Assembly: GCA_965225945.1 (NCBI GenBank)
Contig: CBDDBZ010000033.1
Location: forward strand, 247,533-311,532
Length of the DNA stretch: 64,000 bases
Direction: 5' to 3'
From: Alphaproteobacteria bacterium
GTDB lineage: Bacteria; Pseudomonadota; Alphaproteobacteria; GCA-2731375
Both the position numbers and the translations under genes were made by a program. Positions within the stretch are counted from its first letter, which is position 1, and every line of letters begins with the position of its first letter. The notes under the pieces are model-generated. The model was given only the letters and a program-made list of their open reading frames with translations. It was not told the origin of the DNA and made no database searches. Shown one piece after another: positions 33,976-43,895 of the stretch.

Positions 33976-34588
33976 GACGCTCCCCCAATTCCATCGCCCC
34001 GGCGATGAGGTCGACCGTGCCGCTCACCAGGATTCGATAGTTGAGGGTGAGCCAGATGTAGAGCACGGCGCCGGTGAGCGTGGTGTGCAGCGCCACCGAC
34101 ATGCCGTTGATCAAGGTCGCCACCATCGAGGAGACGTTCTCGACGTCCCCCGCCGCTTTCGGATCGACGCCGGAGAGCGCGACGATGAAGCCGATCACCG
34201 TGCCCACCAGGCCGAGGAAGATCAGGGCGTTGGCGATATCGCGAATGCCGACGATGCGGTCCGTCAAACGCAGGCGAAGCGCCGCCGCCATGGTGGCGCG
34301 GCCCTCGGACTCCGCGCCCTGGAGCTGGGCCAGATAGCGACCGGCCCAACTTTCCGGGTCCGGCGCGGCGGCCAGCACCGCGTCGAGGTCGGCACTGTGG
34401 CGCCACACCCGGAACCCGCAGAGGCAGAGGCCATAAAGGAACACGAGGACGATCAGAGCCGAGAGTTCCCGGAGATGGCCGTATATCAGGCCGTCGAGCC
34501 AGCCTTGCAGGAAGGCCGCCACGACCAGTGCCGTCGCGACGATGTTGACCAGCAGAAAGCGGACGAACAGCAGATATCGATGTTGCAA
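33962..34588 (-). CDS. MotA/TolQ/ExbB proton channel family protein
   Basis: LIFLGLVGTVIGF and GMSVALHTTLTG channel helices. Confidence 0.85.
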   Translation of the reverse strand: MQHRYLLFVRFLLVNIVATALVVAAFLQGWLDGLIYGHLRELSALIVLVFLYGLCLCGFRVWRHSADLDAVLAAAPDPESWAGRYLAQLQGAESEGRATMAAALRLRLTDRIVGIRDIANALIFLGLVGTVIGFIVALSGVDPKAAGDVENVSSMVATLINGMSVALHTTLTGAVLYIWLTLNYRILVSGTVDLIAGAMELGERRAGS

Positions 34589-34645
34589 GCGGCGGTCCCC
34601 TCGATGCGGTCGGCTTTCCGCCGCCCCGGCTCCGAAGGCGACAGT

Positions 34646-34915
34646 CTATTGGATAGAATCCAACATATGGTACCCCTACGACGGTTTCCCGAGCTCGTCC
34701 GGAAAGGCGCCTGGTGCGCCGTGATGGGAGCGCATCACAAGCGCCGGTCAACGCGTCCGGCGGGCTCGGGAAGCCGCCCTTCGGGTCCCCTATCCTGGCT
34801 TCTCGGGGCGTCGGGCACCCTTGACGATGTGCCGGCATCGCCGGCGGGCGCCCTCCTGGCGAGAAACCAGGATAGGGGATCGTAGGGGTACCATATGTTG
34901 GATTCTATCCACTAG
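34646..34915. mobile_element. 270-bp structured MITE-like element with 36-bp terminal inverted repeats
   Basis: ctattggatagaatccaacatatggtacccctacga (34646-34681) against the reverse complement of 34880-34915, one mismatch; internal hairpins. Confidence 0.7.
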
Positions 34916-35044
34916 CACCGCGCGCGCGATCCGGCCGATCACGTTGGCGCGCCGAGCACCCGGCATGGCGGACGGGTAACACTTGCCCGAAAATTCGCCT
35001 CGGCGCGCGGTTCCGCTTCGAATTCGCGAAGCTTGCTGTATAAC

Positions 35045-35567
35045 TCTACGAAGCGCGGGAGTGGTCTACGAAGCGCTCTACGAAGCGCGGGAGTGGTCTA
35101 CGAAGCGCGGGAGTGGTCTACGAAGCGCGGGAGTGGTCTACGAAGCGCGGGAGTGGTCTACGAAGCGCGGGAGTGGTCTACGAAGCGCGGGAGTGGTCTA
35201 CGAAGCGCGGGAGTGGTCTACGAAGCGCGGGAGTGGTCTACGAAGCGCGGGAGTGGTCTACGAAGCGCGGGAGTGGTCTACGAAGCGCGGGAGTGGTCTA
35301 CGAAGCGCGGGAGTGGTCTACGAAGCGCGGGAGTGGTCTACGAAGCGCGGGAGTGGTCTACGAAGCGCGGGAGTGGTCTACGAAGCGCGGGAGTGGTCTA
35401 CGAAGCGCGGGAGTGGTCTACGAAGCGCGGGAGTGGTCTACGAAGCGCGGGAGTGGTCTACGAAGCGCGGGAGTGGTCTACGAAGCGCGGGAGTGGTCTA
35501 CGAAGCGCGGGAGTGGTCTACGAAGCGCGGGAGTGGTCTACGAAGCCGGGAGTGGTCTACGAAGCGC
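35045..35567 (+). repeat. Tandem array of the 20-bp unit TCTACGAAGCGCGGGAGTGG (about 25 units)
   Basis: One unit, a 12-bp partial, 23 perfect units (35077-35536), one 19-bp unit, and a 12-bp partial. Confidence 0.97.
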
Positions 35568-35983
35568 TGCGATTTGTCGGACTTTTGGCCGTGTTGATCT
35601 TGGCGGGATGCGCCAACAAGGTGATGCCCTTATACATCGGTGGCACGCTGGAGGTGCCGATGCAGCATTTGGGTGTGGCGCATGGCGCCTACGACGCCGA
35701 TTTTGGGCAGCGCGTCTTCGTCTTCGCCAAATCCGACTTCGGCTGGGGGGCCCGGTCGGAGAATACCAACTACTACGCCATCGGCCCGACCGAAAAACAC
35801 TATTCCGAGGTCAAGGGCAGCTTTTCGAACTGCGAATATGCCCTTTACGCCAAGCCGAACACACCCAGGCCAGTCGGACCCGGGGATTGGGAGGTCGTCA
35901 GCTACCAGCAGCTCGATTCCCAGGTCTGCGAGCGCCTGCCGGTGCCGAGCGCCGTGGTCGCGCGCTGGTTCCCGATCCCCTAG
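35552..35983 (+). CDS. Putative lipoprotein
   Basis: GTG start within the last repeat unit; VYEALRFVGLLAVLILAG-C lipobox. Confidence 0.7.
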   Translation: MVYEALRFVGLLAVLILAGCANKVMPLYIGGTLEVPMQHLGVAHGAYDADFGQRVFVFAKSDFGWGARSENTNYYAIGPTEKHYSEVKGSFSNCEYALYAKPNTPRPVGPGDWEVVSYQQLDSQVCERLPVPSAVVARWFPIP

Positions 35984-36296
35984 CGCAATATCCGCACGGA
36001 TGCTGCTCTAGCACCACCTGCAACGCGAATTGCGCGACGGGGCCGCCCATGGCGGCCCTCGTCGTCAGGGCATGATTCGCTCACGCGGATCGCCCGACCA
36101 CCGCGGGGGCACGCGAGCAATTCGCCACGGCTCGAGGGGGCTTCTCACGAGGATCGCCCCGCATCGTGAGCAATCGTGATCGCTGTCGGGCGCGGCGGTG
36201 ATGGCGATCGCCTCGACGACGCCTCGGGCAATGTTTTGCGGTAATCTCGGCAAGGCCGGGCACGCCCGAGCGGACGAGAGGGAAGGAAAACACATC

Positions 36297-37478
36297 ATGT
36301 CGGACACCGGGCCACTTTCACGCTTCACCGTGATCGATCTGACGCGCGCGCGCGCGGGGCCGACCGCCGTCCGGCAACTCGCCGATTGGGGCGCCAAGGT
36401 GGTCAAGATCGAGATGCCACCCGAGGCTGGCGGCGATACGCTCGGTGGCGATCGCGATAGCTTCGATTTCCAGAACCTGCATCGCAACAAGCGCGCCATG
36501 ACACTCGACATGAAGGACCCGCGCGGTCGCGACCTGCTGCTCGCCATGGCCCGCGAGGCCGATGTCCTGGTGGAGAACTTCCGCCCCCGGGTCAAGCATC
36601 GCCTGGGAATCGACTATGAGACCATCGCCGAGATCAATCCGCGCATCGTCTATGGGTCGATCTCCGGATTCGGCCAGCAAGGTCCCTATGCCGAGCGCCC
36701 TGGGCTCGATCAGATCGCCCAAGGGCTGGGCGGCCTGATGTCGGTGACCGGGCTGCCCGGACAGGGCCCGCTCCGAGTCGGCATCCCGATCGCCGACCTC
36801 TCCGCCGGCTTCAATCTGGCCATGGGTATCCTCATCGCGCTCTTGGAGCGCGAGAGCTCCGGCCAGGGACAGTGGGTCACGAGCTCCCTGCTGGAGGCCC
36901 AGATCACGATGATGGATCTGCAGGCCGCGCGCTATCTGATCCGGGGCGAGGTGCCGGGACAGGCCGGCAACAACCACCCGGTGCACACACCGACCGGGGT
37001 TTTCGAGACCCGTGACGGCGCGATCAACATCCAAGCGAGCGCCCAGCACCTCTTCAAGCGGCTATGCGAGGCGCTCGGCGCGCCGGAGATCTACGATGAT
37101 CCGAACTACGCCGACGGTCCGGGTCGCACGGCGCGTCGCGATGAATTGAACGAGGCGATCACCGCCTATACGCGCCGACGCGGCACCGATGAATGGATCG
37201 AATTCCTGGCCGAGGCGGGCGTCCCTTGCGGGCCGATCTACAGCCTCGATGAGACCTTCGCCGACCCTCAGGTCCAGACCTTGGCCATGGCGCCCGAGGT
37301 GGTTCATCCCAGGCTCGGTGTCCAGCGGCTCGTCGGCCAAGCGGTCAAGCTGTCGCGGACCCCGATGCAAATGCGCGAGGCGACGCCGGAACTCGGCGCC
37401 GACACCGACGCGATCCTGGGCGAGCTCGGCCTCGGTCCCGACGAGATCGCCGCGTTACGCGCGGACGGCGTGGTCTGA
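36297..37478 (+). CDS. CaiB/BaiF family III CoA-transferase
   Basis: RAGPTAVRQLADWGAKVVKIE, RNKR, ENFRP, SGFGQQGP. Confidence 0.92.
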   Translation: MSDTGPLSRFTVIDLTRARAGPTAVRQLADWGAKVVKIEMPPEAGGDTLGGDRDSFDFQNLHRNKRAMTLDMKDPRGRDLLLAMAREADVLVENFRPRVKHRLGIDYETIAEINPRIVYGSISGFGQQGPYAERPGLDQIAQGLGGLMSVTGLPGQGPLRVGIPIADLSAGFNLAMGILIALLERESSGQGQWVTSSLLEAQITMMDLQAARYLIRGEVPGQAGNNHPVHTPTGVFETRDGAINIQASAQHLFKRLCEALGAPEIYDDPNYADGPGRTARRDELNEAITAYTRRRGTDEWIEFLAEAGVPCGPIYSLDETFADPQVQTLAMAPEVVHPRLGVQRLVGQAVKLSRTPMQMREATPELGADTDAILGELGLGPDEIAALRADGVV

Positions 37479-37685
37479 GTGCAATGAGATAAATTGCGAC
37501 TCGCCGGCCGACCCGCGCCTTCCCAGCCCCCGGAATTGGTGCCCTCGGGGGGTGGTTGGGCCGGGGGAGCGGGCGGTCAGGGTCCGATCCGCCAGCTGCG
37601 TTCGAACCTAGCGCGGGAACGATGATATACTCCGCGCGGTCGAAGCATGGAGGCGCCCGGGCGGCGCGCCGGAACGAAGGCCGGA

Positions 37686-39089
37686 ATGAAGGACAGTTAC
37701 GATCTAATCGTCATCGGGGCCGGTCCGGCAGGCGAGAAAGGGGCGGCGCAGGCGGCCTATTTCGGCAAGTCGGTGGCACTTGTCGAGATGGCTGAGGTGC
37801 CCGGCGGCGCCGGCGTGAACAGCGGCACGCTGCCGTCCAAGACACTCCGCGAAACCGCCTTGCACCTCACGGGCTTTCGCCATCGGGGCCTCTACGGTGT
37901 CGACATGCGCTTGCGCCGCGAGGTCGAGGCGCGGGACTTCCTGCATCGCGCGCCGCGCGTGGCACGGGCCGAACATCGTCGGATCGCCGACAATCTGGCG
38001 CGCCACGGTATCGATACGGTGCGAGGCCGCGCTCGCTTCGTCGAGCCGCATGTCATCGAGGTCTCCCGCGACGCGGAACCGGGACTGCGTCTCGGGGGCG
38101 AGGTGTTCCTGATCGCCACCGGTTCCTCGCCGCGGCGACCCACCGACCTGCCCTTCGAGGATTCCAGGATCTATGATTCCGATACCATTCTCGACATCGA
38201 CAAGCTGCCCGAGCGGCTGCTGGTCGTCGGTGGCGGCGTGGTCGGCGCGGAATACGCCTGCATGTTCGCCGCGCTCGATATTCAGGTCCATCTGGTGGAT
38301 GGCCGCGACCGTCTGCTCGGCTTCATGGACGACGAGATCTCGGCGGTGCTGGCCCGCGAGATGATCGGAATGGGTGTGGAACTGCTGCTCAAGCAAAAGG
38401 TCGAAGCGGTGGAGACCGGGGACGTGCTCACGGTGAGGCTCGCCTCGGGCCGACGGTTCGAAGTCGACGCGTTGTTGGCCGCGACCGGGCGCCTCGGGAA
38501 CAGCGCCGACATGGGTCTGGAGGATGTCGGGATAGATGTCGGACCGCGCGGCCATATCGAGGTCGACGACTGCTTCCGCACCAGCCTATCCCATGTCCAC
38601 GCCGTGGGCGACGTCATCGGCTTCCCGGCGCTCGCCTCCACGTCCATGGAGCAGGCGCGAGTCGCCATGGTTCATGCCTTCGACCTCGGCTACAAGACCG
38701 CCCTCGCCGCCATCTTGCCGTTCGGGATCTACACCATTCCCGAATGCTCCATGGCCGGGGCGACGGAAGAGAGCCTGATCGAGGCGAACGTCGACTACGT
38801 CGCCGGCCGGGCCCGCTTTGCCGACAACGCCCGGGGCCGGATCGTGGGCGACGACAGCGGCTTCCTGAAGCTGCTGTTCGAGACCGACTCGATGCGGCTC
38901 CTAGGCGTCCACGTGATCGGCGAGCAGGCGAGCGAACTCGTCCATATTGGCCTGACGGCGCTGCTGTGCGAGGCGAAGGCCGAGCTCTTCATTCAGACCT
39001 GTTACAATCATCCGACGCTGTCGGAGGTCTATAAATACGCCGCCTACGATGCCATCGGCGAACGCGACCGCCGCCGACCGAGCGGTTAG
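37686..39089 (+). CDS. sthA: Soluble pyridine nucleotide transhydrogenase
   Basis: GAGPAGEKGA, GTLPSKTLRE without a redox CxxxxC, GFPALASTSMEQAR, GIYTIPE, PTLSEVYKYAA. Confidence 0.88.
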   Translation: MKDSYDLIVIGAGPAGEKGAAQAAYFGKSVALVEMAEVPGGAGVNSGTLPSKTLRETALHLTGFRHRGLYGVDMRLRREVEARDFLHRAPRVARAEHRRIADNLARHGIDTVRGRARFVEPHVIEVSRDAEPGLRLGGEVFLIATGSSPRRPTDLPFEDSRIYDSDTILDIDKLPERLLVVGGGVVGAEYACMFAALDIQVHLVDGRDRLLGFMDDEISAVLAREMIGMGVELLLKQKVEAVETGDVLTVRLASGRRFEVDALLAATGRLGNSADMGLEDVGIDVGPRGHIEVDDCFRTSLSHVHAVGDVIGFPALASTSMEQARVAMVHAFDLGYKTALAAILPFGIYTIPECSMAGATEESLIEANVDYVAGRARFADNARGRIVGDDSGFLKLLFETDSMRLLGVHVIGEQASELVHIGLTALLCEAKAELFIQTCYNHPTLSEVYKYAAYDAIGERDRRRPSG

Positions 39090-39180
39090 CGGCAAGGGCG
39101 ACGTGCGGCCTATCGCGCCGCGATGCCGGACATGGACGGCTGATCGACTCGTTGAGACAGTGCCGAGAGAGCAAAGCGCG

Positions 39181-39576
39181 ATGTCCTTGCCGATCCATCA
39201 CATGGTAGCGGGTGGCCCCAGGCCGGTCGCCCCGTTTTCGCATGCCGTGGAGGCCGACGGCTGGATATTTCTGACCGGTCAAGTGCCGAGCGACCCGGCG
39301 GCTCCCGACGCGTCCTTGCCGCCGGGCGTGGCGGCGCAGACGCGACGGGTGATGGAGAATCTACGGCTGGTTTTGGGAGGGCTCGGCTTGGATTTCGCCA
39401 ATGTCACCGTCGCGAGAGTCTATCTCACCGATTTCAAGCGCGATTACGCAGGTATGAACGGGGTCTACCAGTCCTATTTCGAAGCGGACAAGCTGCCGGC
39501 GCGGACTTGCGTAGGCGTCACCGGACTGGCGCTCGACGCCTTGGTCGAAATCGATCTCGTGGCCAGGCGGCCGTAG
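39181..39576 (+). CDS. RidA/YjgF family protein
   Basis: APFSHAV, TGQVP, PARTCVGV, LVEID. Confidence 0.9.
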   Translation: MSLPIHHMVAGGPRPVAPFSHAVEADGWIFLTGQVPSDPAAPDASLPPGVAAQTRRVMENLRLVLGGLGLDFANVTVARVYLTDFKRDYAGMNGVYQSYFEADKLPARTCVGVTGLALDALVEIDLVARRP

Positions 39577-39662
39577 GAAGCGAACCGCGGTCTCGATGAT
39601 TGCGGTTTCGCGATCACCGGGCCCCATGAGGATGGTCTGGAGGCCAACGGCGATACGGCGCT

Positions 39663-39739
39663 TGGCGACCCCGGCAGGATTCGAACCCGCGACCTGTGGA
39701 GTAGAAATCCACTGCTCTATCCAGCTGAGCTACGGGGCC
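39663..39739 (-). tRNA. tRNA-Arg(UCU)
   Basis: GGCCCCG acceptor, GTGGA-TT-TCT-AC-TCCAC anticodon arm, TTCGAAT, CCA. Confidence 0.95.
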
Positions 39740-39867
39740 TCCGGACGCCTCGGAATACACCCTGAAAATATCGTATACATTGGTTTAAATATGACAATCA
39801 AGTTATTGAAAAATAGTTGTTCTTCGATATTCAACTTTCACCTCGCCGAGCTTGCGGCTCTGGCCCG

Positions 39868-40191
39868 TCAGGAGCTCTCGTAAGGTGCGGAGCCGGGGCC
39901 GCGCACGCTCGAATAGCTGAAGTTGTCGGCGTAGACCTTCGGCCGGACCCGGCGCTCGCGCGGCTCGCGGATCTGATAGTCGATTCCGCGCCGCCGACAG
40001 AAGGCGATCGCCGCCGCCTCGCTCTCGAACTCGAGGCGAAGTTGCTGGCGGGTATCGGCCGACGCGGTCCAGCCCATCAGCGGCTCGACCTCGCGGGCCG
40101 CGGTCGGATCGAACTCCAGCCGCCAGCTCGCCGTCTTGGCCCCCCCCGACTGCATCGCCGTCCTCGCCGGTCGAAAGATTACCGCCTTCAT
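39868..40191 (-). CDS. ETC complex I subunit (NDUFS4 family)
   Basis: PARTAMQSG, EPLMGWTAS, YADNF. Confidence 0.92.
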   Translation of the reverse strand: MKAVIFRPARTAMQSGGAKTASWRLEFDPTAAREVEPLMGWTASADTRQQLRLEFESEAAAIAFCRRRGIDYQIREPRERRVRPKVYADNFSYSSVRGPGSAPYESS

Positions 40192-40243
40192 CGGGCCGCC
40201 CCCGTTCCTTAGGCCCGCGACTATCGGAAATGGCCGCGCGGCG

Positions 40244-40320
40244 TGGTCGGGGAGACTGGATTCGAACCAGCGACCCTCTGCTCCCAAAGCAGATGCGCTA
40301 CCAGGCTGCGCCACTCCCCG
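40244..40320 (-). tRNA. tRNA-Pro(UGG)
   Basis: CGGGGAG acceptor, TCTGC-TT-TGG-GA-GCAGA anticodon arm, TTCGAAT, CCA. Confidence 0.95.
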
Positions 40321-40460
40321 ATCGCGGAAAACTGCGGTTTTTTAGTGACGGTGTCAAATCAAAAAGGGAATTTTGCGAAACAAATGGCGTCCAAAGTCGC
40401 GTCCACTCGTTCCCGCCGCGTTCGCCCCGCTACTGGCGGAGGTACGGCCATGAAACCCCG

Positions 40461-41201
40461 TCATGGGAACACGTCGACGGCGTCGGCTCGCTGGTCCCCG
40501 GCGGGGCGGTGGAGGAAGGCGGCGATCTCGGCCGGCGGATCGTCGCCGAAGATCACGGCCGAATCGTGGACACCGACGACTTCGCCGTTCTCGATATAGG
40601 CCACGCGCTCGGCGATCCTCTGGGCATCGTCCGGCTGGTGGCTCACCATCATGATCGTCAGGCCCCGGTCGCGGCGGATCTCGTCCACCAGATCCAGCAT
40701 CGCGCGGCGCAAGGGCGGGTCGAGGGCGCTGAACGGCTCGTCCAGCAGCAGCACCGGCTTGCGTCGCGCCAGCGTGCGGGCCAGCACCACGCGCTGGCGC
40801 TGCCCGCCGGAGAGTTCCGCCGGCAGGCGGCGCTCGAGCCCCTCGAGGCCGACGCGGGCCATGGCCTCGCCGATCTCGCGCCGGTGCGCCGCGTTCAGCC
40901 GGAGGCCCGGGTCGAGCGCCAGGCCGATGTTCTTCTCGACGCTCAGATGGCCGAAGAGGTTGTGTTCCTGGAACAGCGTCGTCACCGGTCGCCGGTCGGG
41001 GGTGAGCTTGCCGACGTCCACCCCGTCGATTGTGACCCGGCCGCCGAGCGGCTTGTCGAAGCCGCCGACGAGGCTCAACAGCGTCGACTTGCCGGCGCCG
41101 CTCGGGCCGATGACGGCCATGCACTCACCCCGCGCGACATCGAGCGAGAAGCACATCGAGACCTCGTCGTAGGCGTAACGCAGGCGATCGATCTCGATCA
41201 C
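40461..41201 (-). CDS. thiQ: Thiamine ABC transporter ATPase
   Basis: GPSGAGKST, LFQEHNLFGHL, LSGGQRQR, LLDEPF. Confidence 0.9.
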   Translation of the reverse strand: MIEIDRLRYAYDEVSMCFSLDVARGECMAVIGPSGAGKSTLLSLVGGFDKPLGGRVTIDGVDVGKLTPDRRPVTTLFQEHNLFGHLSVEKNIGLALDPGLRLNAAHRREIGEAMARVGLEGLERRLPAELSGGQRQRVVLARTLARRKPVLLLDEPFSALDPPLRRAMLDLVDEIRRDRGLTIMMVSHQPDDAQRIAERVAYIENGEVVGVHDSAVIFGDDPPAEIAAFLHRPAGDQRADAVDVFP

Positions 41202-42817
41202 CGCCGGCGGCCTCCAACGCTTCTCTCAATCGCCCAGAAGAGAACCAGGCAGAGCACGGCCAGCACCGTCGCGGTGACCGCGGCGGCCTCCATCTGATAG
41301 GCGCCCATGCGGCGATAGAGCAGCAGCGGCAGGGTTTCGTTGTCGTGAGAGCCGAACAGGGCGATGACGCCGACGTCGCCGGCCGCCAGCGTCGCGGCGA
41401 TCGCGAAGGCCAAGGCCGCGGCATCGCGGATCAGCGGCCAGTCGACCAGCCTGAGCCGGTTGCAGCCGCGAATGCCCAGCCCGAGGCAGAGCCGGCGGGC
41501 CTCCTCGTCCGCCCGCGCCATCGCCGGCGCCAGCACGCGCAGCACGAACGGCAGGCCCATCAAGGCATTGACCGCGATCGTCAGGTAGAGACCGAGGGAA
41601 AGCACGTCGGCATAGGGCCTGAGCAGCAGGAACAGCCCGCTCGCCAACATCAAGGGGGGCGTGATCAGCGGCAGCATCCCACTCAGCTCCATCGCGCCGG
41701 CGAGACGGGGCCGGGCAAATTCGGCCCGCGCCGTCCGGCCGCCATGAAGCAGGCCGAGGCCGAGCGCGAGCGAGAGTCCGCCGGCCGCCAAGGCGACGAA
41801 GAGGCTGCGCCCGGCCGCGCGCCAGAGCGCCGCGTCGTCGAGCACGGCGAGCCAGGTGCCGTTGAGGCCCGATACCAGGACCGCGGCCAGGGGCGCGACG
41901 ACGAGGGCGAGCGCCATCGCCAACGCCGCCGCATCGGTGAGGCGCGTCGAGCCGCGATCGATGTCGGGCCGGGGACAGGGGCGCCGCTCGGTCAGCGAGA
42001 ACGCTGCCCCGCCCGCGCCCATCGACAGGAACACGGCGCCGAAGGCGAGGCAGGCGGTGATCTGCACGCCCGCCAGCGCGACGGCGCGGGAGATATCGAA
42101 CTCCAGCCGCAGCGCCTGATAGATCGCGACCTCGATGGTGGTCGCCCAGGGCCCGCCCCCGAGCGTCAGGACGGCGGCGAAAGAGGTGAAGCAGAGCATG
42201 AATATGGCGCCGGCGACGCCGGGCAGGACGCGGCGCACCGCCGGCCAGTCGATTAGCCGGAAGATCGCGCCGGGGCCCATGCCCAACTGGCTCGCCAGGC
42301 GCCAGTTCTCCGGCGGCACGTCCTCGATCGCGCGCAGGAAGACGCGGGTCGCCAACGGCATGTTGAAGAAGACGTGCGCCAGCAGGATCCCGACCAGGCC
42401 ATAGAGATAGTGGCCGCCACTGAAGCCGCCGAAGGCCAGCAGTTCGTTGACCCAGCCGCTTCGGCCGTGAACGGTGGCGATGCCGAGGATGGCGATCATC
42501 GCCGGCGCCACCAGTGCCAGGTTGAAGAGCCTGAGCAGAAAGTCGATACCGGGGAGACGATGGCGCCGGGCGAGCGCCCGGGCGAGGGGAATCGCCAGCC
42601 CAACCGAGAGCGCCGTCGACAACGCCGCCTGCCACAGGCTGAAGAAGGCGACGTGGCGGAGGTAGGGGTCGCGGAGCGCCTCGATGATGCCCGCCGCCGG
42701 CGCGGCGCCCGCGAGCGCCGCCAGCGGCAGCACGATCAGCGCCGCGATTCCGGTCAGCGCAACGGCGCCGGGAAGCCACGGCAAAACCGTGGCCGGACCG
42801 GGGCCGAGTGCCCTCAT
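41198..42817 (-). CDS. thiP: Thiamine ABC transporter permease
   Basis: GILLAHVFFNMPL, LTLGGGP..TTIEVAIYQAL, TLPLLLY; ATG 42817 overlaps the thiB stop. Confidence 0.9.
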   Translation of the reverse strand: MRALGPGPATVLPWLPGAVALTGIAALIVLPLAALAGAAPAAGIIEALRDPYLRHVAFFSLWQAALSTALSVGLAIPLARALARRHRLPGIDFLLRLFNLALVAPAMIAILGIATVHGRSGWVNELLAFGGFSGGHYLYGLVGILLAHVFFNMPLATRVFLRAIEDVPPENWRLASQLGMGPGAIFRLIDWPAVRRVLPGVAGAIFMLCFTSFAAVLTLGGGPWATTIEVAIYQALRLEFDISRAVALAGVQITACLAFGAVFLSMGAGGAAFSLTERRPCPRPDIDRGSTRLTDAAALAMALALVVAPLAAVLVSGLNGTWLAVLDDAALWRAAGRSLFVALAAGGLSLALGLGLLHGGRTARAEFARPRLAGAMELSGMLPLITPPLMLASGLFLLLRPYADVLSLGLYLTIAVNALMGLPFVLRVLAPAMARADEEARRLCLGLGIRGCNRLRLVDWPLIRDAAALAFAIAATLAAGDVGVIALFGSHDNETLPLLLYRRMGAYQMEAAAVTATVLAVLCLVLFWAIERSVGGRRR

Positions 42818-43827
42818 CTGCTCAAGGCTCGGCGCCACTCGGCCGACCAGGCCTTGCGGTTCTCGGTGATCTCCGCCGGCGTAAAGAGCAGCGGCGTGTC
42901 GACCGCCACGAGCTCTGCGAAGGCGCCGGGGAGTGCCGCGCCGATATCGGCCGCCGGATACATCCAGTTGCCGGTCGGAATAATGTTCTGGAAGGCGGGC
43001 GAGAGCATGAAGCGCAGGAACTGGCCGGCGAGCTCCGGTTCCTTGGCGGTCTTCAGCTTGGCGGCCGTCTCGATCTGCATGTAGTGCCCGTCGGCAAAGC
43101 GCGCCGCGCGGTAATTGTGCTTGCTCTCCGCGATCATGTGATAGGCGGGCGAGGTGGTGTAGCTCAGCACCATGTCCGCCTCGCCCTTGAGAAACAGGCC
43201 GTAAGCCTCGCTCCAGCCCTTGGTGACGGTGACGATGCGCGGCGCCAGCCGGGCCCAGGCATCGCCCGCGCCCGCGCCATGGATCTTCTTCATCCAGAGC
43301 ATCAGGCCCAGCCCGGGCGAGCTGGTGCGCGGATCTTGCACGATGACCGTGGGACCGTCCTTCGCCGCCACCAGTTGCTTCAGGCTCCGGGGCGGCGAGG
43401 CGAGCTTGTCGGAATCGTAGACGAAGGCGAAGTAGCCATAATCGAACGGCGCGAAGACGGGATTGGTCCAGCCAACCGGTAGGCTCAGAGCGGAAAGGTC
43501 GAGACCGTGCGGCGCGAAATATCCCGTCGCGCGGGCCTCGTGGATCATCGAGCTGTCGAGGCCGAGGGCGATATCGGCCTTGGAATGCCCCCCTTCCAGG
43601 CGCAGCCGGCCGAGGATGGCGACGGCGTCGTCGAGGCCGACGAGGTCGAGCGTGCAGCCGCACTCTTTCTCGAAGGCCGCCTTTATCTTCGGCCCGGGGC
43701 CCCATTTGGAAACGAAGGAATCATAGGTGTAGACGGTCAGTGTGCGGGCCGTCGCCTCGGGCGCAAGGCCGCCCGGGCCCGCCAGGCTGGTCGAAATCAG
43801 GCAGAGAAAGGCTAGAAGTCTGGTCAT
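42814..43827 (-). CDS. thiB: Thiamine ABC transporter substrate-binding protein
   Basis: LTVYTYDSF..WGPGP, DPRTSSPG, GWSEAYGLF, LSYTTSPAYH. Confidence 0.93.
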   Translation of the reverse strand: MTRLLAFLCLISTSLAGPGGLAPEATARTLTVYTYDSFVSKWGPGPKIKAAFEKECGCTLDLVGLDDAVAILGRLRLEGGHSKADIALGLDSSMIHEARATGYFAPHGLDLSALSLPVGWTNPVFAPFDYGYFAFVYDSDKLASPPRSLKQLVAAKDGPTVIVQDPRTSSPGLGLMLWMKKIHGAGAGDAWARLAPRIVTVTKGWSEAYGLFLKGEADMVLSYTTSPAYHMIAESKHNYRAARFADGHYMQIETAAKLKTAKEPELAGQFLRFMLSPAFQNIIPTGNWMYPAADIGAALPGAFAELVAVDTPLLFTPAEITENRKAWSAEWRRALSR

Positions 43828-43895
43828 GGTTTCGCTCCATTCGAGGATGGGGCGAAGGGTGTTTGCGCGTGTTGGAAAGGTTGCTTTGCCAACCC

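Noticed and set aside
32858-34588. Zorya defence system
   Set aside because: No long ZorA tail, no OmpA-like ZorB domain, no zorC/D/E.
35045-35567. Possible CRISPR array
   Set aside because: Units are contiguous with no unique spacers, and there are no cas genes in the window.
41198-43705. 835-aa ThiP with a long N-terminal domain
   Set aside because: The first about 295 aa are an off-frame overlap with thiB; thiP starts at 42817.
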